Below are positions 1 through 9,186 of a DNA stretch of 64,000 nt, in pieces. Made by a program: the position numbers and the translations under genes. The notes beneath the pieces were generated by a model that searched no databases, was not told the origin of the DNA, and saw only the letters and a list, made by a program, of their open reading frames with translations. Origin of the DNA: Thermoplasmata archaeon (GTDB lineage: Archaea; Thermoplasmatota; Thermoplasmata; Lutacidiplasmatales; UBA184); assembly GCA_035507575.1 (NCBI GenBank), contig DATJNY010000023.1, forward strand, positions 39 through 64,038, read 5' to 3'. Position 1 is the stretch's first letter, and each line of letters opens with the position of its first letter.

Positions 1-1
1 C

Positions 2-253
2 ATCGCCGCGCCGTTCTACATCCTCGCCCTGCTGCCGATCATCCTGGTCGTGATCGCGATCTATGAGGTGTACGCGCTCCTGACCGTCGGGAAGCACGCG
101 GCCCTCGGCAAAGGTGCGACCACCCCGCCCGCCTCGAGTCCGCCTCCCGGTGGTTCCACCACGGCAACCGAGGGGGGCGACGCCTCGCCCGGCGCCGCGA
201 CGGGGTCGACCGCCGACGCCGGGCCGCCGCCGTCGGGAGGAGGTAGTTCGTGA
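2..253 (+). CDS. Membrane protein, 5'-truncated by window edge
   Basis: Open frame from base 2 (IAAPFYILALLPIILVVIAIYEVYALL): hydrophobic helix followed by a Pro/Gly/Thr-rich tail; stop overlaps the next GTG (GTGA). Confidence 0.6.
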   Translation: MAAPFYILALLPIILVVIAIYEVYALLTVGKHAALGKGATTPPASSPPPGGSTTATEGGDASPGAATGSTADAGPPPSGGGSS

Positions 254-489
254 GCGCGACGGGGAGTGGCGCGGGTTGCGGCGTGGTCCTCGGGATCGTG
301 CTCGTGCTCCTCGCCCAGCAGTTCGGACTCCTCAGCCTGAGTTCCCTGATCTCCGGCATCGAGTATCTCGCGATCGCCGCGATCATCGGCGGCGTGTTCG
401 GCGCCGCCATCGGCTGGGGACTCGGGAAGCACTATCTCTCCCGGCATCCCGCCCCGGGCGTCGGGAGCCAGAGCCCCCCGAGCTCGTAG
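250..489 (+). CDS. Small two-helix membrane protein (79 aa)
   Basis: Two hydrophobic stretches; start overlaps the upstream stop. Confidence 0.65.
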   Translation: MSATGSGAGCGVVLGIVLVLLAQQFGLLSLSSLISGIEYLAIAAIIGGVFGAAIGWGLGKHYLSRHPAPGVGSQSPPSS

Positions 490-649
490 CCCCCCGGGGA
501 CGCCCGCGGCGCGGGCTCAGCATTAAATCGGGGGGGGACGCCATTATGACGCTGCGGGAAGCGCGAGCATCGCCTCCCCTATCCATGCCGGTCCGAGATT
601 CACCTGGTCACCCCGCGCGCTTCGCCGGACCGTCCTGGGGGCGTGGACC

Positions 650-1801
650 GTGAGGACCTGCGCCGCCTGCGGCCGAACGAACGAGGACGCGGCGCAGTTC
701 TGCGGAGGGTGCGGGCAGCCGCTCGCCCCCCCGCCTCCTCCTCCGCCACCCCCGCCCGTGGACTCGACCCCCGCGCCACCGCCAGTTGCCGCCGCTCCTA
801 CCGCGGCCTGGACGGAATCGCGGTGGGTGCGCGCCCTCCGGCACCCGAATCCCCGGCTGCTCATCGCGCTCCTCCTCGTGATCGGGTTCGCGCTGGCGAT
901 CGCCTCCGCGAGCACGAGCTGGTGGACGTTCTCGGCGAGCGGTGGCGGAGGCTCGAACTCGCTCAGTTTCCTGCCGGGCGGCAGTTACGACGTCACATGC
1001 ACCGGTGGCCGATGCGCGGGGTTCTCCTCCGGCGCGTTCCCGTACACCGCGCTCGGCGGATCCGTCGGGGCGCTCTACGAGGGCGTGCTCGCGCTCCTCG
1101 GGATCGGGATCGCGCTGACCGGAGCCGCCGCCGCGATTGCCGTCCTCTCGCTCCTCGGTTGGCGCACCGGATGGTGGCAGCGCTCCGGGAGCTTCCTCCT
1201 GATCTTCTTCGCCTTCCTCGTCACCCTCGTCGCGGACGTCGCGGTCGTGACCGCGCAACCCGGGGCGTTCGCCTCGAACACGCAGTTCCAGGGTCTGCCG
1301 GCGGGCGGACCGTCGCCCGCGACCTCCTTCTGGGGTTCCTCCGGCAGCGCGTCGTGGGGCGCCGGGGTCGGTTGGTTCCTCGGTCTCGCCACCGTGATCG
1401 TGCTCGCCCTCGTCGTCGTAGTGCTGATCGTCGCCGGGCATGCTCGGCTCGACGTGCCGGCTCCGGAGCGAGCGCGCCGCGTAGCCGCTACGGCCCCGAC
1501 CGCCCCGGCGCGGTACACGCCGCCGCCCGCGGCGACCCCGTACGCCCGGCCCACGGTAGCCCGTCCCCCGGTCGCGTTCGCGGCGGGCTCCCGCGTGACG
1601 CCCCGTCCCGCCCCGAAGATGGCCGCGCCGGCGTCGGCCGCGCTCGATCCCGAGAGCCCGATCAGTCGGGCCCCTCCGCCGCCGGCACCTCCCGCCCCCG
1701 CCGCGGCCCCCGCGATGCTCGCCTGCCCGTTTTGCGGCACGGAGAACCTCGCCCGATCCCGGACCTGCTCGTACTGCCAGCGGTCGCTGCGGGAGAACTG
1801 A
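650..1801 (+). CDS. 4-TM membrane protein with N- and C-terminal zinc ribbons
   Basis: CAAC..CGGC at the N-terminus and CPFC..CSYC at the C-terminus, polyproline linkers, four hydrophobic helices. Confidence 0.8.
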   Translation: MRTCAACGRTNEDAAQFCGGCGQPLAPPPPPPPPPPVDSTPAPPPVAAAPTAAWTESRWVRALRHPNPRLLIALLLVIGFALAIASASTSWWTFSASGGGGSNSLSFLPGGSYDVTCTGGRCAGFSSGAFPYTALGGSVGALYEGVLALLGIGIALTGAAAAIAVLSLLGWRTGWWQRSGSFLLIFFAFLVTLVADVAVVTAQPGAFASNTQFQGLPAGGPSPATSFWGSSGSASWGAGVGWFLGLATVIVLALVVVVLIVAGHARLDVPAPERARRVAATAPTAPARYTPPPAATPYARPTVARPPVAFAAGSRVTPRPAPKMAAPASAALDPESPISRAPPPPAPPAPAAAPAMLACPFCGTENLARSRTCSYCQRSLREN

Positions 1802-1876
1802 GCCGCCGGCGGCACGAACGAGGGGTTATCTGGCCCGAGGCGTCCGGGTCGCCGCCCTCGTCGGGCGGGTGAGCGC

Positions 1877-3640
1877 ATGCCGGAAACCTCCGAATCCGAG
1901 TCGGCCGCTTCGATCGAATTCCGCAAATTTCTCGCCCGGGACTGGGAGGCGTGGCTCGACGACGCCCCCGAGCTCGCCACCGCCGTAGGGGCCCCGGGGC
2001 GCAACGATCGGTGGAACGACGACTCCCCGGCCGGCATCGCGGCCCGGCGCCACCACCTTGCGGAGGTCGGCGCGCAACTCGACCGGTTCGACCCGGCGCG
2101 CCTCTCTCCCGGCGAGCGATTGAACCACGACCTCTACCGGGAACTCTTCGACACGACGGAAGCGGGGCTGGACTTCGGCATCGATCCGTTCCCGTTCCGG
2201 ATGGGCTCCCCGCACAACCTGTGGATGCCGGTGAACCTCATGGAAGGGGTCCACCTCGCGGCCGCCGACGTCGGCGAGATCGCGCCCCGGGCGAGCGTCC
2301 GGGATTACGAGGACCTCCTGGCCCGGTTCGCGGCGTTCCCGACCGCGGTCGACCGCAACCTCGCGCTGCTCGTCGCGGGCCAGGCCCGGGGCTACACCGC
2401 CCCCCGCCCCACGCTCGCCGGCATTCCCGATCAGATCACGGCCCAGATCCCGGACGACCCGAAGGCGAGCCCGATCCTCAAGCCGTTCGAGGAGTTCCCC
2501 GACTCGATCCCCGTCGCGGACCGCGCCCGGCTGCTCGCGCGCGCCATCGAACTGTATCGCACGGCGATCGTCCCCGCGCTCACGAAGATCCGGGAGTACC
2601 TCGCGGGGACGTACATCCCGGCGGCCCGCGAGAGCGTGGGCGCGAGCGCGCTGCCCCGCGGCGCGGAATTCTACGCGTACCTGGTCCGGTGGACCACGAC
2701 GACGGATCTCACGCCCCAGCAGGTGCACGACATCGGACTCGCGGAAGTCCGTCGCCTGCGCGGAGAGATGGACCGGCTCATCGAATCGACCGGCTTCCAG
2801 GGGAGCTTCGCCGAGTTCCACCACTTCCTGCGGACCGATCCCCAGTTCTTCTACCACGCTCCCGAGGAACTGCTCGACGGATACCGCGTGATCGCGAAAC
2901 GGATCGATCCGAACCTCTCGCGGCTGTTCGGACGGCTTCCCCGTCTTCCCTACGGGGTGCAGGAGATGCCCGAGTACCGCGCGCGGAACGCCCCGGGGGC
3001 GTACTATCAGCCCGGGGCCCCCGCGACCGGTCGGGCCGGCTACTTCTTCGCGAACACCCACAAGGTCGAGGTCCGGCCGAAGTGGGAGATGGAGGCGCTG
3101 ACGCTCCACGAGGCGGTCCCGGGCCACCACCTCCAGATCGCCCTCGCGCAGGAGCCGGAAGGGCTCCCCGAATTCCGACGCCAGACCGGTTACACGGCCT
3201 TCGTCGAGGGGTGGGGGCTGTACGCCGAGAGCCTCGGGGAGGAGCTCGGCCTCTATCGCGACCCCTACTCCAAATTCGGCCAGCTCACGTACGACGCCTG
3301 GCGGTCGATCCGGCTGGTGGTCGACACCGGGATGCACGCGCTCGGCTGGTCTCGGGACCAGGCGATCCAGTTCTTCCGGGAGAACAGCGGCAAGAGCGAC
3401 ACGGAGATCCGGGTGGAGGTCGACCGGTACATCGGCTGGCCCGGTCAAGCCCTCGCGTACAAGATCGGACAGCTGAAGTTCCGCGAGCTGCGGACCCGCG
3501 CCGTGCAGCGGCTGAAGGACCGCTTCGACGTACGAGCGTTCCACGATCTCCTGCTCGGGGAAGGCGCCCTCCCCCTCGGGCTCGTGAGCGAGCGCGTCGA
3601 CCGGTGGATCGAGTCCCGGCTGGACGGACGCCGATCGTAG
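1877..3640 (+). CDS. DUF885 family protein (putative metallopeptidase-like)
   Basis: Family motifs LTLHEAVPGHHLQ, AFVEGWGLYAE, RLVVDTGMH, EVDRYIGWPGQALAYKIG. Confidence 0.9.
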   Translation: MPETSESESAASIEFRKFLARDWEAWLDDAPELATAVGAPGRNDRWNDDSPAGIAARRHHLAEVGAQLDRFDPARLSPGERLNHDLYRELFDTTEAGLDFGIDPFPFRMGSPHNLWMPVNLMEGVHLAAADVGEIAPRASVRDYEDLLARFAAFPTAVDRNLALLVAGQARGYTAPRPTLAGIPDQITAQIPDDPKASPILKPFEEFPDSIPVADRARLLARAIELYRTAIVPALTKIREYLAGTYIPAARESVGASALPRGAEFYAYLVRWTTTTDLTPQQVHDIGLAEVRRLRGEMDRLIESTGFQGSFAEFHHFLRTDPQFFYHAPEELLDGYRVIAKRIDPNLSRLFGRLPRLPYGVQEMPEYRARNAPGAYYQPGAPATGRAGYFFANTHKVEVRPKWEMEALTLHEAVPGHHLQIALAQEPEGLPEFRRQTGYTAFVEGWGLYAESLGEELGLYRDPYSKFGQLTYDAWRSIRLVVDTGMHALGWSRDQAIQFFRENSGKSDTEIRVEVDRYIGWPGQALAYKIGQLKFRELRTRAVQRLKDRFDVRAFHDLLLGEGALPLGLVSERVDRWIESRLDGRRS

Positions 3641-3672
3641 CCCGGGGACGGAGGGACCGGGGCCGGGCCCCT

Positions 3673-3704
3673 CACGCCCGGAGCGGGTCGGCCGCCCGGG
3701 CGTG
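3673..3704. terminator. GC-rich hairpin between convergent genes (possible terminator or processing stem)
   Basis: cacgcccgg (3673-3681) is the reverse complement of ccgggcgtg (3696-3704), with an inner gcgg/ccgc pair. It lies between the DUF885 stop and the DUF308 stop. Confidence 0.4.
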
Positions 3705-3712
3705 TCGAGGCC

Positions 3713-4027
3713 CTACGGCTTAGGGGGGTTCGACGGGGGCATCCCCGGCGAGGCCGGGGGCGGTGCGCCGAGCGCCTCGTTGACGAGGCCCCGGGGCGCG
3801 CCGGACATGAACGTCCCGAACGGATGGCCGGTGACACCCGCGATCAGCCGGTCGATGCCGATGATCAGCAGCGCGAACGCGAGCAGAAGGATCAGCGTCG
3901 CGACGGCGAGGACCGGGTCGAGCAGGACGACGAACGCGAGAATGATCGAGACCAGACCGACGACGATCGCGAGGCCGCGATACCAGTTGGGAAGGGTCAG
4001 CGACCCTCCGGGGAGCGGAGTCGACAT
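3713..4027 (-). CDS. DUF308/HdeD-like small membrane protein
   Basis: RGLAIVVGLVSIILAFVVLLDP...LLIIGIDRLIAG pattern; two to three helices. Confidence 0.7.
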   Translation of the reverse strand: MSTPLPGGSLTLPNWYRGLAIVVGLVSIILAFVVLLDPVLAVATLILLLAFALLIIGIDRLIAGVTGHPFGTFMSGAPRGLVNEALGAPPPASPGMPPSNPPKP

Positions 4028-4118
4028 CGTTCCACGAAGGGGCTCCGGCTATTAAGCCCGGCCGCGGGGACCCCTCCCCCCCGACCGCTCGCCTGCCGGC
4101 CCGGGGTCCGAACGATAG

Positions 4119-4124
4119 TTTATA
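4119..4124 (+). promoter_or_regulatory. Archaeal TATA box for the beta-helix surface protein
   Basis: tttata in a GC-rich background, about 26 nt upstream of ATG 4150. Confidence 0.55.
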
Positions 4125-4149
4125 ACGGCGGGGGCCGCGTTTTTTCCCC

Positions 4150-7100
4150 ATGGGCCGCCGTGTTTCGCTGATGTCGATCGCCGTCGTGACCGTCCTCGCC
4201 TTGAGCTCGCTGGGTGTGCTCGTCGCGGTGGCGCCGGGCCCGACGGCCGGCCGAGGTCTTTCCGGAGCGAGCATCGGGGGCGCCGCTGCCGAACTCGGTG
4301 TACCCGGATTCTCGCCGGGGTCCGGGATTCCCTCGGTGCCGTCCCCCGGCCACATCCATCCCGACGTCCCCGGCTACGTCTTCATCCTCCCGGACGGGGC
4401 GCTGTCGGGCGCTCCTTCGCCTCCGATCACCATCACCGGCGACGTCTACACGCTGACCGCGGACTACACCGGAGCGATCGTCGACGAGCGGAACGGGAGC
4501 ACGTTCGACGGGCAGGACTTCACGCTCACCTCGAATTCCGTCCTCGGCTTCGGCTTCCAGGTGAACACCTCGTCCGACGTCACGGTGGAGGACCTCTACG
4601 AGACCGGCGCGACGCGCGGTTTCGAGGTCGTCAACTCGACGCAGGTCGTGATCCAGTACTCCCAGGTGAACGGCACCGCCGGGCTCGGCTTCGGCGCGGT
4701 GGACAGCAGCTGGGTCAGCGCCGACGACGACACCGCCGACGGCGCGATCGACTACGGCTTCGCGGCGAACGACTCGTACGACGTGACGTGGGAGGACGAC
4801 GCGACCCTGGGGAACCGGGTCGGGTTCATCGCCGTCTACTCCAACACAGTGAACGCGTTCTACGATCAGGGCAACGCCGAGGAGTACGGGGCCGTGATGG
4901 TCTACGGAACCGGCTTCGAGGCCGAGTACGACTCCTTCCTCGCCGACACGACCGACGGGGTCGATCTCGTACTTTCCTCGGCGGTGTACATCTATGATCT
5001 CACCACGACCGGGAGCGCCGTCGGCCTCTACGCCGATTACGGCTCCGGTCTCTCCGTGGAGGCGAGCACGCTCACCGACTCGACGATCGATGGCGCGACG
5101 ATCGAGGATTTCGACGGGTCGTCGGTCAGCGACACCAACCTCAGCGGGGCCGCGGTCACGGGATTGCTGGTCAGCTACGGCAGCTACGACGAGTTCGAGG
5201 ATGACGTCGCGAGCCAATGCGGCATCAATGGGGTCGTGGCGGAGAACCTGTCCGAGAGCACGATCTCGGACCTCGTCGCCGACCACGACGGGTGGAACGG
5301 CCTCTACCTCGGGGACGACAGCAACGTCGACGTCGTGGGGAGCACCTTCAACGACATCCCCGGTGGCAACGGGACCTTCTTCAAGACGACGGCGGATTAC
5401 ACGTTCTCCGACGACGTCTGGCAGGGCGACGACGTCGGGCTCTACACCGTCGGGACGCACGACGGGTGGGTGGAATTCTCGAACGCCTCCGACGACGGCG
5501 TGGCGTTCTTCTTTGTCGACGACGTGCAGCCGTACTCGGAGTACAACAACCTTTTCAATGATTCGAACGGGATCGTCTACGTCGGGTCCGTCGACTTTAC
5601 GTCGTACGACGACAATGTCACCCAAGCGGGCGTGGGCATCGTCCTCGAAGTCACCGCCGACGGGGACATCGAGTTCGATTCGGTGTACCGGGTCACCAGC
5701 AACGCCTACTACGTGCTCCAGGACATCGGCAGCCTGATCTCGAGCAGTACCGCGCGGAATGTCGGTGCGGACGCCTTCGTCGTGACCGCGGGCACTGGCA
5801 CGGAGCTGGCCTACGACCAAGCGACGAACGTCACCGACGTCGCCTACGTCTTGGAAGGCGTGCAGGCGGAGTCGCTCCTGGGCAGCAACGCGACCGATGC
5901 CCACGTCGGATTCGCGATCCTCGGTTCGAGCAACGTCAACGTCTCGGGGAACTGGTTCGACAACGACACCATCGACTTCGAGATCCCCGCGGCCTCGGTC
6001 GGGCTCTCGGAGATCGTCTGGAACAACTTCCTCGGTGGAGGTGGCTGGGAATTCGACGCGACGGGAGCTCCCTCGAACGCGGTGACGTTCGACGAAGGAT
6101 ACCCCGGCGGCGGGAACTACTGGAGCAACCACACCGCCCCGGACCAGTACCAGGGTCCCGGGCAGAATGTTCCGGGACCGGACGGGATCGTGGACACCCC
6201 GATGAACATCAGCCTGCTCGGCGGATTCGTCGACCATTACCCCCTGACCCGTCCGATCGACACGGACAACCTGACCGTCGTCTTCGTCGAGCACGGACTC
6301 CCCACGGGCACCCCCTGGGGCATCCAGTTCGGCCCGGGAGACTCAGGGAACTCCACCTCCACGGGTCTCAGCTTCTGGCTCGGCTCGGCGGCGTACCGGA
6401 ACATCACCTACTCGGTCTACGCCCCCGCCGGCTGGCGACCCTCGGCCATCGGAGGAACGATCGAATTCACGGGCGCGCGCGAGGAGATCGACGTGAACTT
6501 TTCGGCGGTGACGTACCCCACGACCTTCGCCGCGACCGGGCTCGCCGGCGGCAGCTCTTGGCAGGTCGTGGTCGATGGAACACCGTACAGCGCCACCGGT
6601 TCCAGCCTTGTCGTACCGCTCGCCAACGGGACTCACGCCTACACGGTCGAGCCCGTGGCCGGCTACGTCGTCCAGCCGCGCTCCGGCAATCTCACGGTGA
6701 ACGGGACCGGGCCGACGGTCACGATCGGGTTCACCGCCGTGCTGTACTCGGTGTCGTTCCAGGAGACGGGCCTTCCCAGCGGAACGTCGTGGTCCGTGAC
6801 GTTCGGGGGTACGACCGAGTCGGCCACCACGGCGTCGATCGAGTTCTCCGTCGCGAACGGCTCCTACGCGTATACGGTCGGCAACGTCTCGGGTTACGGC
6901 GTGACCCCCGGTTCGGGCCACCAGCTCATCGCGGGCCCGGGGGCGAGCGTCACCGTGGTCTACACCGCGACGCCCGCGTCGACGCTGGCCAGCTCGGCTC
7001 TGCTCTACGGGCTGCTTGCGGCCGTCGTCGTGCTGGCAGCGCTCGTCGTTCTGCTGCTCGTGCGCGGACGCCGGAAGCCGGCGGCGGCGGGCGTCGGGGC

Positions 7101-7212
7101 ATGGTCCCCACCCGCCGGAGCCGCCACCCCGCCGCCCACCTCGCCGGGAGCGGGAGGCCCGCCTTCGGGGGCCGTCGCGCCCCCGCCGCCGCCGGACTGG
7201 AAGGAGACCTAG
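4150..7212 (+). CDS. Secreted, membrane-anchored parallel beta-helix (NosD/CASH-like) surface protein with thermopsin-type C-terminal repeats
   Basis: Signal peptide; Asp/Asn-rich beta-helix repeats; GGNYWS...DGIVDTP...DHYPL motif; three F.E.GLP.GT.W-type repeats; C-terminal TM followed by RGRRK and a Pro-rich tail. Confidence 0.85.
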   Translation: MGRRVSLMSIAVVTVLALSSLGVLVAVAPGPTAGRGLSGASIGGAAAELGVPGFSPGSGIPSVPSPGHIHPDVPGYVFILPDGALSGAPSPPITITGDVYTLTADYTGAIVDERNGSTFDGQDFTLTSNSVLGFGFQVNTSSDVTVEDLYETGATRGFEVVNSTQVVIQYSQVNGTAGLGFGAVDSSWVSADDDTADGAIDYGFAANDSYDVTWEDDATLGNRVGFIAVYSNTVNAFYDQGNAEEYGAVMVYGTGFEAEYDSFLADTTDGVDLVLSSAVYIYDLTTTGSAVGLYADYGSGLSVEASTLTDSTIDGATIEDFDGSSVSDTNLSGAAVTGLLVSYGSYDEFEDDVASQCGINGVVAENLSESTISDLVADHDGWNGLYLGDDSNVDVVGSTFNDIPGGNGTFFKTTADYTFSDDVWQGDDVGLYTVGTHDGWVEFSNASDDGVAFFFVDDVQPYSEYNNLFNDSNGIVYVGSVDFTSYDDNVTQAGVGIVLEVTADGDIEFDSVYRVTSNAYYVLQDIGSLISSSTARNVGADAFVVTAGTGTELAYDQATNVTDVAYVLEGVQAESLLGSNATDAHVGFAILGSSNVNVSGNWFDNDTIDFEIPAASVGLSEIVWNNFLGGGGWEFDATGAPSNAVTFDEGYPGGGNYWSNHTAPDQYQGPGQNVPGPDGIVDTPMNISLLGGFVDHYPLTRPIDTDNLTVVFVEHGLPTGTPWGIQFGPGDSGNSTSTGLSFWLGSAAYRNITYSVYAPAGWRPSAIGGTIEFTGAREEIDVNFSAVTYPTTFAATGLAGGSSWQVVVDGTPYSATGSSLVVPLANGTHAYTVEPVAGYVVQPRSGNLTVNGTGPTVTIGFTAVLYSVSFQETGLPSGTSWSVTFGGTTESATTASIEFSVANGSYAYTVGNVSGYGVTPGSGHQLIAGPGASVTVVYTATPASTLASSALLYGLLAAVVVLAALVVLLLVRGRRKPAAAGVGAWSPPAGAATPPPTSPGAGGPPSGAVAPPPPPDWKET

Positions 7213-7258
7213 GCCGGGCACCCGCTCCGAGAAATACTCGACCCGGTAGTCCCGGTGG

Positions 7259-7840
7259 ATGCAAGCCGGGCGGTGCCCCAACTGCGGCGCGCCGCTGACG
7301 CCCGGGGCGAGCTTCTGCTCGTTCTGCGGCACCGCCGTCCCCATGGGCGGGACCGCGCCCCTCCCCTCCGGCGGGGCGCCGAACGCTCCTCCCGCCTACC
7401 CGCCCGTTCCGGCGTACGCCCCGGCCGCCCCTCCCCGTCGCGCGCGGGGACGGCTCGTCATCGCCGTCATCCTCGTGGTGGTGCTCCTGATCGTCGCCGT
7501 GATCGCGGTGGCGTACTTCCTCTTCCCGGCCCCGGCGATCCAGGTCCAGGCGATCAACATCTGGGCTCCGGACAACGTCTGCGGATTGAATGCGAACCCG
7601 ATCTACTTCTTCGGCTACAACGGCTCGACCGGTTCCGTGGTGTCCCTCGTGCTCGGCATGCCGAACTTCAACACCACGACCTGCACGATCGAGAGCGCGG
7701 TCACGAACAGTTCGGGCTTCACGCTCTCCGGGGTCGGCACGCCCCTCACGATCCCGGGGAGCGGCACGGGGCCGATGAACGTCACCATCACGTCGCCGAG
7801 TTCTCCGTTCACGGGCACCATCAACCTCGTGCTGGCGTGA
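7259..7840 (+). CDS. Zinc-ribbon, single-TM protein with small extracellular beta domain
   Basis: CPNCG..FCSFCG at the N-terminus, Pro-rich linker, TM helix, then a Thr/Asn-rich domain with two Cys. Confidence 0.8.
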   Translation: MQAGRCPNCGAPLTPGASFCSFCGTAVPMGGTAPLPSGGAPNAPPAYPPVPAYAPAAPPRRARGRLVIAVILVVVLLIVAVIAVAYFLFPAPAIQVQAINIWAPDNVCGLNANPIYFFGYNGSTGSVVSLVLGMPNFNTTTCTIESAVTNSSGFTLSGVGTPLTIPGSGTGPMNVTITSPSSPFTGTINLVLA

Positions 7841-7859
7841 CCCGGGGGTGGGCGAAGCC

Positions 7860-8408
7860 GTGAGTACGACGTCCCGAAAGCGATCGGCGTCCGCCGTCGC
7901 CCGCCGCTTCGGCGTCGAGATCGTGCGGGACGCTCCGACGCGCCTTTGGCCGTTCTCCCGGTTCTTCCGCGGCTTCGACCGGGTACCGGCGGTCCGCGAG
8001 CTGTTCGGCCGGAAGACCGCGGAGGTCCTGCGCCGGCAGAAGGTCGAGTTCTTTTCGGCCCGGTTCGGCTACATGAGCACGAGCGACATCGACGGCCACC
8101 TCATCATCTCGAGCCCGTACCTCCGCACCGGCGACCTGCGCAGCGTCTATCTCGACCTCGTGCACGAACTCTGCCACGTCCGACAGTTCCGGGCGAAGCA
8201 GCCGCTGTTCTATCCGAAGCTCAGCTACGTCGACGCGCCGAGCGAGATCGAAGCGTACCGGATCACGGTCCAGGAAGGTCGACGGATCGGGATGAACGAT
8301 CGCGAGCTGGCCGAGTACCTCCGCATCGAGTGGATCACGCCCGCGGAGCACCGCCGGCTCGCGCGCAGGACCGGGGTCCGACTCCCCGCCGCGCGGCGGC
8401 GCCGGTGA
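7860..8408 (+). CDS. Hypothetical zincin-like protein (HExxH)
   Basis: LVHELCHVRQ followed by a downstream EIEAY. Start uncertain (GTG 7848 or 7860). Confidence 0.7.
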   Translation: MSTTSRKRSASAVARRFGVEIVRDAPTRLWPFSRFFRGFDRVPAVRELFGRKTAEVLRRQKVEFFSARFGYMSTSDIDGHLIISSPYLRTGDLRSVYLDLVHELCHVRQFRAKQPLFYPKLSYVDAPSEIEAYRITVQEGRRIGMNDRELAEYLRIEWITPAEHRRLARRTGVRLPAARRRR

Positions 8409-8451
8409 GCGAGGGCCATCGGTTTTAGGCCGAGAACGCCATTCCGGCGGC

Positions 8452-9186
8452 ATGCCGCGCAGCGGTCGTTCCCGGCCGACTCGGGCCGCTCCCGCGGCGC
8501 GCGGCGGCGGGCCGGAGGAGGACGACCCTTCACGCCGTCTCTTCCTCGCCACTCTCCGAGTCCGGATCCCGCCGGGGATCTGGACGGGACGATTCTCCTC
8601 GGGTCATCCCACGATCCGGCTCGAGGTGCTGAACCGGGGGGAGATCTCCCCCGGGGTGTCGATCTCCGATTACTGGATCAGCGGGGGGCCTCCGGGATTC
8701 TGGGCGGAAGAGATCGCGGGGTATCCCGACGTCCTGCGCGTCGACAGCCTGGCCGCGGTCGGAGAAGGATGCCTGTACCGGATCACCTACCGGGACCCGC
8801 CGATCGTCGAGCTGTACCGCCGGCTCGAACTGCCGGTGCCGTTTCCCATCCGCATGCAGGCGGGCTCGATCGACTGGGAGATCGCCGCGCGGTACTCGGA
8901 GTTCGATGCGGTGATGCGCTACGCGCGCCAACGGGACCCCGACGCGCGCGTCATCTCGATCAAGCGACGACCGCTTCGGAACCATCTCCTCGCGCTCACC
9001 GAGCACCAGCAGACGCTGCTCTCGGAGGCGATGGCCGCGGGCTACTTCGCGGTCCCTCGCGGGATCACCCTGACGGCCCTGGCGCGGAAGCTCCACCGGA
9101 GCAAGTCGAGCATCTCCGAGTCGATCGCGCTGATCGAGCAGAAGCTCCTCGAGTCGGCGCTGCGCCCTCCGCTCGCGCGCGCATGA
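8452..9186 (+). CDS. Bacterio-opsin activator-type HTH_10 transcriptional regulator
   Basis: C-terminal LTEHQQTLLSEAMAAGYFAVPRGITLTALARKLHRSKSSISE motif. Confidence 0.85.
   Translation: MPRSGRSRPTRAAPAARGGGPEEDDPSRRLFLATLRVRIPPGIWTGRFSSGHPTIRLEVLNRGEISPGVSISDYWISGGPPGFWAEEIAGYPDVLRVDSLAAVGEGCLYRITYRDPPIVELYRRLELPVPFPIRMQAGSIDWEIAARYSEFDAVMRYARQRDPDARVISIKRRPLRNHLLALTEHQQTLLSEAMAAGYFAVPRGITLTALARKLHRSKSSISESIALIEQKLLESALRPPLARA

Noticed and set aside
4120-6294. 724-aa minus-strand ORF
   Set aside because: Antisense shadow of the beta-helix gene; Arg/Val/Gly-rich with no motifs.
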